From: a virus
Lineage: Duplodnaviria; Caudoviricetes
IMG/VR virus record: IMGVR_UViG_3300021958_011541
Coordinates: 1 to 64,000 of that record
Strand: one strand, 5' to 3'
Length of the DNA stretch: 64,000 nt
Made by a program: the position numbers and the translations under genes. The notes beneath the pieces were generated by a model that saw nothing but the letters and a program-made list of their open reading frames with translations, was not told the DNA's origin and searched no databases. Shown piece after piece: positions 18,710-25,415 of this stretch (its first letter is position 1; each line of letters opens with the position of its first letter).

Positions 18710-18712
18710 GGG

Positions 18713-19144
18713 TTATTTTCCAGAAGAACCAAATCCTCCTGTTCCTCTGTCTGAGTCAGAAAGCTCTGAGACTTCTTGCAGTTCAATTTTAGGCAACCTA
18801 AGAAAAACGATTTGTCCAATTTTATCCCCAATACTATAGCCTGAAGCAGTAGGATCTTCGGTGAATCTAAATTTAACTTCTCCTCTATACCCCGAATCAA
18901 TTACTCCAACAGAATTTCTTAAGGAGTGTCTGGTATTGCTAATACTTGAGCGAGGAAACAGAAGGCCTACGTAACCCCTGGGAATATCAAAACAAACTCC
19001 TGTTCCGTACTCGATATATAATCCTGTATTATTCATTGTTGGCTCTTGTTTGCTTTCTGCGTATAAATCAAAACCTGCATCATATTCGTGAGCCTTTGTT
19101 ATACCTTTGCTGAACTGTTCTAATTTTTTATATTTTATTTTCAT
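18713..19144 (-). CDS. dut: Trimeric dUTPase
   Basis: AGFDL, RSS, GVIDSGYRG, IGQ, RGTGGFGSSG. Confidence 0.95.
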   Translation of the reverse strand: MKIKYKKLEQFSKGITKAHEYDAGFDLYAESKQEPTMNNTGLYIEYGTGVCFDIPRGYVGLLFPRSSISNTRHSLRNSVGVIDSGYRGEVKFRFTEDPTASGYSIGDKIGQIVFLRLPKIELQEVSELSDSDRGTGGFGSSGK

Positions 19145-19563
19145 ATAATGTTATGTACTTGTATGTTTGCTTTTGATAGAAGGTCTACGCCCTCAAAATC
19201 TTTGTAAAATTCTTTATAAACAACTCTTTTGATTTCTGATTGTATAATCAATTTTGCGCACTCAACGCATGGATTAATTGTAATATACATTGTTGCGTCA
19301 ATGCTTGATTGAGTTGATTTTGCTAATTTAGTTATTGCATTACTTTCTGCATGTAAAACTTCTGGCTTAGTAGTCAAAGACGATCCTTTTTGATCTTCAC
19401 AGCAATTATCAAATCCAGCAGGAGTTCCGTTAAAACCATCAGAAATTACACATCCATTTTTAACAATTAAGCATCCAACTTTTTTTCTCTGGGCTTTTGA
19501 TAAACTTGCCCAAGTTTCAGCCATAGATAAATAAGTTTTATCTAACTCTGTTTGATTTGCCAT
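19141..19563 (-). CDS. dCMP deaminase
   Basis: VGCLIV, GFNGTP, HAESNAI, PCVECAK zinc motif. Confidence 0.92.
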   Translation of the reverse strand: MANQTELDKTYLSMAETWASLSKAQRKKVGCLIVKNGCVISDGFNGTPAGFDNCCEDQKGSSLTTKPEVLHAESNAITKLAKSTQSSIDATMYITINPCVECAKLIIQSEIKRVVYKEFYKDFEGVDLLSKANIQVHNII

Positions 19564-19569
19564 GCCCCC

Positions 19570-19598
19570 ATGATACCCTATTTAAAAATAAGAGTCAA
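19570..19598 (-). promoter_or_regulatory. Sigma70-type promoter
   Basis: TTGACT-17 nt-TATCAT. Confidence 0.65.
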
Positions 19599-19603
19599 TA
19601 GTT

Positions 19604-19858
19604 TTATCTTCTTCGTGGTCTCCTTAAAGGTTTTTTGCTTGGACTATTTTTTTTTGTTAGCCCTTTTTTGGACATAGACTCCTTTAGTTCCACAACAAAA
19701 TCGGTGACGATTGTACTATCTGGATCTTCTAACTGTTCTTTTCCTATAAAAAAAGAAAAAGTTAAAGGTTTATCTGGCAGTCTGCTACCAACAACAGTTA
19801 TAGTTTGATTATCTTTAGTCCAAGAATAAAACTGCAAGTTTTTCCCCTTTTCGATCAT
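19604..19858 (-). CDS. Hypothetical protein
   Basis: Packed ORF, basic C-terminus. Confidence 0.5.
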   Translation of the reverse strand: MIEKGKNLQFYSWTKDNQTITVVGSRLPDKPLTFSFFIGKEQLEDPDSTIVTDFVVELKESMSKKGLTKKNSPSKKPLRRPRRR

Positions 19859-20178
19859 ATAAAAAATTTACATACTTGTCCTAGGCTTGCTGTATGCATA
19901 AGATTCTGAGTTTTAATTTGAGAATCTGAAAAGCCCTCTGCTATTGCCCATTTTGTCATTGATTCAGACCAATTTGGTGCATAAATCGCTGCTTCGAAAA
20001 TATTATGCTCTGCCGAAATGCTTGCCATATCACCCCTGTTGTTTACTATAATAGAATGAAACACGGGTTCTTCAACGTATTCGTGATCTAATTCTACATC
20101 TAATAACAAGCAAGTTTCTAAAATGAATTTAGTTTTCTCGATAACAATTTTTTTATTTTTATCTTCCATATAAGGCAT
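19855..20178 (-). CDS. Hypothetical protein
   Basis: Packed ORF. Confidence 0.5.
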   Translation of the reverse strand: MPYMEDKNKKIVIEKTKFILETCLLLDVELDHEYVEEPVFHSIIVNNRGDMASISAEHNIFEAAIYAPNWSESMTKWAIAEGFSDSQIKTQNLMHTASLGQVCKFFI

Positions 20179-20527
20179 TTAGTATTTCTTTTGACCTTGC
20201 TCTAAGCCTAGCTTGTTCTCTTTGCTCTGCCTCAAGCAATTCTTTTTGTTTTTCAACTTCAGATTTTTGCTTTGCTTCTTCAGCTTTTAATCTTGCTAAC
20301 TCAGCTTCTTCTTGTTCGATTCTTTCCTTTTCTGCAGCCTCTTCTTCTGGAGTTCCATGAGCAACAACTAAAACCATCACTTTTTCCGATGGTTTTCTAG
20401 GATCAAGATTCTTGGCATACTCTACAAGATCATACCATTGTTCTTTATCAACTTCCATAAAGGAAGAAGAAGCTCTAAGCTTTTCTGGTACAGCCGAGCT
20501 AGTTATTAGCCCGTACTCTACCTCCAT
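20159..20527 (-). CDS. Hypothetical protein with charged coiled-coil C-terminus
   Basis: E/K/A-rich helix. Confidence 0.6.
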   Translation of the reverse strand: MEVEYGLITSSAVPEKLRASSSFMEVDKEQWYDLVEYAKNLDPRKPSEKVMVLVVAHGTPEEEAAEKERIEQEEAELARLKAEEAKQKSEVEKQKELLEAEQREQARLRARSKEILNALYGR

Positions 20528-20910
20528 TAGGTTATAACTTCTCCGTTGATATCCATGCTGCCCACACCGTACTGGAAGCTGACTGTATAAGTTCTACGAC
20601 TCGTTGCTTCGCCAGTGAAGGAAAGAGCTCCTCTAGTAAGCGTAAAATTATCAATTGCAGTGTCAGCATCTAGTTCAGACATATGCTTATAATAGGCTTC
20701 AAGTACCCCCCAGGCAATCTTTCTGTGGTCATTCTGAGCTTCAGTGGCTGTTAGTTCGTGATCCGTGGGAGCTCCTGACTGGCCTACTAAAGTGCTAAGA
20801 GGCAAAAATATACCATCTTCTGGTATAGTTGGGGTTGCTCCTGTTGTGTAAACTGAATAATTGGTTCCAAAAACGCCCGATGGATGTAAATTGAATTCTC
20901 TTCCTGCCAT
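20527..20910 (-). CDS. Hypothetical protein, paralogue of 39017-39448
   Basis: Shared GIF(L/I)P, D.R.(I/L).W..LE and R..Y.(V/I)S motifs. Confidence 0.6.
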   Translation of the reverse strand: MAGREFNLHPSGVFGTNYSVYTTGATPTIPEDGIFLPLSTLVGQSGAPTDHELTATEAQNDHRKIAWGVLEAYYKHMSELDADTAIDNFTLTRGALSFTGEATSRRTYTVSFQYGVGSMDINGEVIT

Positions 20911-20989
20911 AATAAATAAAAGTTAGTGTGTTAAATAGTTACAAGATATTACACACTAAAATATTTTTTTGCCAGAAAAAAAGAAAATT

Positions 20990-21328
20990 TTATTTAAGCA
21001 GTTCCTCAAGCTCTTGTTCAAGATTATCTTCTTGATCATTTTTTGCAGCAGAAGTTTTTTGAGTCTGCTGTTTTTGCGCAGGCTCAGACTTATAAACTAC
21101 AAAATCAGGAGCTTTTTCATTGTCGTTCTTGTATTTATTTGAAAAAACAACTAGACGCACTTCTTGCGGATCTAACTCGTCTCCCATTTTAACATACCCT
21201 GATAAGTATTTTTGGCTCTTGCCACTGCGTCTCCACAGAGCTCCAATTTCGCGTTCTTTCCAATCGTTAGTTTGATTATTATCGTTTTCCATAATTTTAT
21301 TATTGTTTTGAGTTGTGAATAGTTTCAA
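20990..21328 (-). CDS. DUF736-like putative ssDNA-binding protein
   Basis: EIGALW..GKSQKYLSG, NEKAPDF, acidic tail. Confidence 0.5.
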   Translation of the reverse strand: MKLFTTQNNNKIMENDNNQTNDWKEREIGALWRRSGKSQKYLSGYVKMGDELDPQEVRLVVFSNKYKNDNEKAPDFVVYKSEPAQKQQTQKTSAAKNDQEDNLEQELEELLK

Positions 21329-21470
21329 GATTCTTAATAAATTTTTCTCTGTCTTCTCTATTCATTGAATTATATTGTTTTTTTGCTAGTCTGTAAGCTT
21401 TTTTACTTGTTGCATCTCCTTCTTTAGGATTAAAGAGAAGCTTTAATCTTTTGGATGACTTTCCGTTCAT
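21300..21470 (-). CDS. Small basic hypothetical protein; likely start 21470
   Basis: MNGKSSKRLK...; ATG overlaps the upstream stop. Confidence 0.45.
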   Translation of the reverse strand: MNGKSSKRLKLLFNPKEGDATSKKAYRLAKKQYNSMNREDREKFIKNLETIHNSKQ

Positions 21471-21838
21471 TTTTGAGTGGACTGCTGTGATACTTGACCC
21501 TTTGCAAACCATTTGTCCATTGCGCCAACCAAAGAGTCGTATTTTTCTGCCTCTTCGATTTTAGATTTTATTGTCTCTCCTACATTTGCGTGGTCTCCTA
21601 CTCCCACTCCGTGCTGCAAAAGCATTGATATGTCTGCGAGAGCTTGTTCTCTAAGGCCAACATACTGATTAAAAATTGACTGAATATATTGTTGGGTTGG
21701 TAGTTTCGGGCTTGCGCCCTGTAAGGCATCTCCAAGCATGGCGTTAAGTTGTTCTGGTGTAGGAGTAAATGAATCTCCTAATCTCGTTGCTCCCTCTAAA
21801 GGGTTTTTTGGACTGTTTGTCATTTCTTCTTGAGTCAT
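21467..21838 (-). CDS. Hypothetical phage protein
   Basis: GVGVGDHANVGETI motif. Confidence 0.55.
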   Translation of the reverse strand: MTQEEMTNSPKNPLEGATRLGDSFTPTPEQLNAMLGDALQGASPKLPTQQYIQSIFNQYVGLREQALADISMLLQHGVGVGDHANVGETIKSKIEEAEKYDSLVGAMDKWFAKGQVSQQSTQK

Positions 21839-21926
21839 AATTAAAATTTTCCTTTCTCTAAAACTTGATAAAATAAATAGCTAAAAATAATGAATAATAT
21901 TAAATCGAACATAAGTATTTTCTATA

Positions 21927-22463
21927 TTATCTGAATTGTTTTTGTAATAGTCTCCATCTATCTGAATCTATTGGTTTGTTTCCATTGTCTATAGCATACA
22001 ACATTTCAACAACTTCGTCAAGACTATTATAAATATATTTATGTGGCAACATGCCGAGCATCCATAGAGGAGTTTTAGCTTTGCCTCCCTCCATGCTAAT
22101 GAAAATTGGTTTTTTCATGCGTACAGCTGTTACAATTTCTTCTGCGCTACCCCATGAAGCTACATCTGGAACAAGATGGGCTATGATAAAGTCCGAACGA
22201 TCTACCAAATTTAAATCATAAGATCTTACGGTTTTCATTCTGTCAGTAACCCTATCGTATTGTTTAGTTTTCATCCATGTTTCCATTTCTATTCTTGAAG
22301 CTTCATCTTCTTCTACATCTTTCATGAATGGCTTTTTGTATGGATCAAAACAAGTAATCTCTAGCGGCTGAAGTTTATCTGTAACTTCTTCGCGCCAGTT
22401 TCGGCCACTAAGATATTGCATGTGGCCGACTAAATATGTTTTTGTTTTATATAAGAGATTCAT
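21927..22463 (-). CDS. Nucleoside 2-deoxyribosyltransferase-like protein
   Basis: TYLVGHM..NWRE, FDPYKKP, DLNLVDRSDFIIA, SWGSAEE. Confidence 0.7.
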   Translation of the reverse strand: MNLLYKTKTYLVGHMQYLSGRNWREEVTDKLQPLEITCFDPYKKPFMKDVEEDEASRIEMETWMKTKQYDRVTDRMKTVRSYDLNLVDRSDFIIAHLVPDVASWGSAEEIVTAVRMKKPIFISMEGGKAKTPLWMLGMLPHKYIYNSLDEVVEMLYAIDNGNKPIDSDRWRLLQKQFR

Positions 22464-22527
22464 TGTTGGGTATTATTGCACATAATATATTATTTGTCAA
22501 GAAAAATGGCGGAGCGTATATCCTATA

Positions 22528-23136
22528 CTATTTAATAAAATACCAAGTAGGAAAGGCTGATTCCATAGTTGTTGTCACTTCTTTACTAATACTTGATGCA
22601 AAATCATCAACAGCACCTTTTACACTTCTTGGTTCTATTGTGCCATCTTCACATATAGACCAGTCTTGGTCTGGTGTTACTCTCTTAACGTCTGCTGCGG
22701 TCATATAATCATGACCACTCACAATACCTCCTCGTTTAACTTTTGGGTAATAACACTCTATGTCCTCCTTACAGCCAAGATAGTCATGTCTTGCATCTAT
22801 AAAAACCCAGTCTAAACTATCGTTAGGTATCTCATGGCACATGATTGAGGAGCGGCCTCTCAGTATAGTAACTTTATCTTTCCATGGATGTATGTTATGT
22901 AGTGTTTCTTGATAGTAGGATTCTTGTATGTCGTTGTTGACATTAGCGCGGTCGTTATAATTGGACTGTCGTTCCCATATATCTATTAAGTATAATTTTT
23001 CTATAGAAGGTATGCATTCAAGTATTAGTTTTGAGAAAAAACCTTTTTGGACGCCTACTTCGCATACAACTCTTGGTTTATATTCATCATAAAATCCTTT
23101 AAGCATATGCCTTCTGCGTGTTCTGTATCTTTTCAT
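22528..23136 (-). CDS. Class I SAM methyltransferase (Methyltransf_24-like)
   Basis: CEVGVQKG, LDWVFIDARHDY, GGIVSGHDY. Confidence 0.85.
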   Translation of the reverse strand: MKRYRTRRRHMLKGFYDEYKPRVVCEVGVQKGFFSKLILECIPSIEKLYLIDIWERQSNYNDRANVNNDIQESYYQETLHNIHPWKDKVTILRGRSSIMCHEIPNDSLDWVFIDARHDYLGCKEDIECYYPKVKRGGIVSGHDYMTAADVKRVTPDQDWSICEDGTIEPRSVKGAVDDFASSISKEVTTTMESAFPTWYFIK

Positions 23137-23182
23137 AAATAATATTTATTATATTTTTGTATTAAATTTATCTGAAGTTTAT

Positions 23183-23211
23183 AGAATACAATTTTTTTAC
23201 ATTAGAGTCAA
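23183..23211 (-). promoter_or_regulatory. Sigma70-type promoter
   Basis: TTGACT-17 nt-TATTCT. Confidence 0.55.
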
Positions 23212-23242
23212 GAAAAAATTTGAATATCGTGTATATTTTATC

Positions 23243-23332
23243 ATGACAAAGAGAAAAATACTAATTATGGGGCTTCCTGGTTCTGGAAAAACAACCCTTG
23301 CTGAGAAGCTTGTGGAGAAATTAAATGCCGCG
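23243..23332 (+). pseudogene. 5' fragment of a P-loop kinase (adenylylsulfate-kinase-like)
   Basis: MTKRKILIMGLPGSGKTTLAEKLVEKLNAA, then switches into unrelated antisense sequence and stops at codon 38; GTGTA motif 14 nt upstream. Confidence 0.7.
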
Positions 23333-23408
23333 CTTCGCGCCAATTTCTGCCGCTAAGATATTGCATGTGTCCAACTAAATAAGTTTTTGTATTTTCGAGT
23401 AAATTCAT
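23333..23408 (-). pseudogene. 5' fragment (25 codons) of a second copy of the 21927-22463 gene
   Basis: MNLLENTKTYLVGHMQYLSGRNWRE vs MNLLYKTKTYLVGHMQYLSGRNWRE; 63/76 nt identical to 22388-22463. Confidence 0.85.
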
Positions 23409-23419
23409 TTGATGATGAT

Positions 23420-23448
23420 ATATTACTATTAATAGAATCCAATGTCAA
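23420..23448 (-). promoter_or_regulatory. Sigma70-type promoter upstream of the truncated gene
   Basis: TTGACA-17 nt-TAATAT. Confidence 0.6.
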
Positions 23449-23497
23449 GCTATAAATTATAAATTTGAACAAAAGCTAGTTGGTTTTATAATATAAC

Positions 23498-23632
23498 ATG
23501 AATAATTTAATAGACTGTTTTACTTCTGCCTGTCACCACCCTGAGCACTTGATTATACCCTTGCTTGTTGTTGCGAGCATTGGGGTAATTTTTTATAGCT
23601 TTTGTAAAGCGAAAAAATCTAAATCGAGATAA
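23498..23632 (+). CDS. Small membrane peptide (44 aa), not in the ORF track
   Basis: MNNLIDCFTSACHHPEHLIIPLLVVASIGVIFYSFCKAKKSKSR; TTGAAC-16-TATAAT directly upstream. Confidence 0.5.
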   Translation: MNNLIDCFTSACHHPEHLIIPLLVVASIGVIFYSFCKAKKSKSR

Positions 23633-24902
23633 TATCTAAAACAGGCTCTCCTTTGTTTGAAACCTGAAAAGGTCGCCCAGAAGGAGAGTAATGAATATCA
23701 TTTAATGATAAACCCATTAAATGAGCAATTGTTGCATTTAAATCTTCAGGTTGAATAGGGTTTTCGACAACCTCCATAGCTCTATCATCGCTTTGCCCAT
23801 AAGTTGTTCCTCCCTTAATGCCTCCACCCACTAGCAAAGCAGAAAAAGCTTTCGGCCAATGATCTCTTCCGTTTCCTGGATTAATAATTGGCGTTCTGCC
23901 GAATTCAGAAGTTAAAACAACTAAAGTATCATAAAGCATGCCTCTAATTTCTAAATCTTGAAGCAAGGCACTAACAGCTTTATCTACATCTTGACAATTT
24001 GCCTCAACCCTTTCGAAATTATTACTATGCGTATCCCAACCGCCTTTCGTAACCTCTATATACCTAACATTGTGTTCTGCTAATCTTCGAGCGAGCAAGC
24101 AACCTTGCCCAAAGTTCGAAGAGCCATATAATTCATGCATGGATTCTGGTTCCGCAGTAATATCAAAAGCTTCAATGTCTTTACTTCTCATTAATTTTAC
24201 AGCATCTTTATATAAATCACTATAAGCTCTAACTTGTTTTTGGTTATATTTATTTACAAAATCTGAATTTAATGTTTGAGAGAGTAATATTCTGCTGTCA
24301 AATTGACTTTCGGTTAAATATTCATGCATTTTACTATTTGCGAGTCCAGCTTTTGGGTTTCCGATAGGTACTGCGTTATATTTTGCCTCAAGAAATCCAG
24401 CGTTTCCTCCTGCTCCGCCTCCAATTTTTACATGGGGTGGTATGCTTCTATTTAATGTTCCAGTTAATTTTACCGCCCAACTTCCAAAAGTAGGATGAGT
24501 AATCGTTCCTCGCTTCTGATAGCTCGTATGCATCAGATAGCTGGCTTGCATATGAGCTCCTTGGTTGCTAGTTAAAGACCTTATGATTGCTCCATTATGT
24601 AAGTGTTGGCCAATCTTTTGGAAATTCTGAGATATAAAAATTCCGTCTGCACTGGTTGGAACTGCTTCAACTGGGCCTTGAACTTCTGGGCCAGAATCTG
24701 GCTTTGGATCTAATGTGTCTATGTGAGACATTGCACCTGCCATATTTAAGTATATGACTTTGCGAGCCTTAGCAATCTTTTTTGTTGTTTCTATTCCATG
24801 CGCAAGATTATGGATGTAGTTGCCTGTCAGAGAAAATAAACCTACTCCGAGACAACTCTTAGCCATGCTTGCTATTACTTGTCTGCGAGATAATTCGTTC
24901 AT
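23619..24902 (-). CDS. DUF1501-like protein with Tat-type signal
   Basis: SRRQVI signal, VIYLNMAGAMSHIDTLDPKP, FGQGCLLARRL, GGWDTH, SEFGRTP..N..GRDHWP. Confidence 0.85.
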   Translation of the reverse strand: MNELSRRQVIASMAKSCLGVGLFSLTGNYIHNLAHGIETTKKIAKARKVIYLNMAGAMSHIDTLDPKPDSGPEVQGPVEAVPTSADGIFISQNFQKIGQHLHNGAIIRSLTSNQGAHMQASYLMHTSYQKRGTITHPTFGSWAVKLTGTLNRSIPPHVKIGGGAGGNAGFLEAKYNAVPIGNPKAGLANSKMHEYLTESQFDSRILLSQTLNSDFVNKYNQKQVRAYSDLYKDAVKLMRSKDIEAFDITAEPESMHELYGSSNFGQGCLLARRLAEHNVRYIEVTKGGWDTHSNNFERVEANCQDVDKAVSALLQDLEIRGMLYDTLVVLTSEFGRTPIINPGNGRDHWPKAFSALLVGGGIKGGTTYGQSDDRAMEVVENPIQPEDLNATIAHLMGLSLNDIHYSPSGRPFQVSNKGEPVLDIISI

Positions 24903-24929
24903 TGTGTTTTTTTGTTTGGGTTAATAAAA

Positions 24930-25363
24930 TGGTGGAGGTGGCGGGAGTTGAACCCGCGTCCTGATAGCCTTCAAGCTAACACGTCTACAAGTATAGTTAA
25001 TTTTTTTTATGGTTTTGATATTAACATCCAACCCTCTGTTTCAATTATTCACCTAGAACTAGGGCCCCCGAATACTCAGTGGTACAGTTTTTGATACAGA
25101 TAAACTTTTTCTGTTTTGCAGATCGATGACCCCTTTGCCTCTTTATCTGCGTCAAGAAGTAAGAGGCTAACAGCCTATGCTGCTAGGGCGAGCTTGCGGC
25201 TCTTGTAACCGAAGCGCTTTGCAGCGATACGATTTTTGAAGCCGAGAGCTCTAACATGTTTTTTAGCGCCATGTAAAGCTTTTGCACATTGATAGGGGAG
25301 CCGTAGTGCAATCTCCCTCTTGCAGTGTTAGAATTCAACTTCAGTCAAATCCAGAACACCCCC
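24930..25363 (-). ncRNA. ssrA: tmRNA
   Basis: 5' GGGGGUG-UUCUGGAUUUGAC; 3' T-arm GCGGG-UUCAACU-CCCGC then CACCUCC-A-CCA with G3:U70; pk1 (GGGAG/CUCCC, UUGCAC/GUGCAA); tag frame ends ...KLALAA-UAG at 25175. Confidence 0.95.
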
Positions 25364-25387
25364 ATAAACTGTTAAAGAACTAAGTAT

Positions 25388-25415
25388 AGTATATACACTA
25401 GAAAAGTTAAGTCAA
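25388..25415 (-). promoter_or_regulatory. Putative tmRNA promoter
   Basis: TTGACT-16 nt-TATACT with an embedded GTGTA. Confidence 0.5.

Noticed and set aside
20925-20958. Inverted repeat agtgtg...cacact upstream of 20910
   Set aside because: A 6-7 bp arm in AT-rich DNA, partly explained by a GTGTA motif; too weak to call an operator.
24912-25094. Plus-strand ORF MFGLIKWWRWRELNPRP...
   Set aside because: It is the antisense reading of the tmRNA T-arm and acceptor stem.
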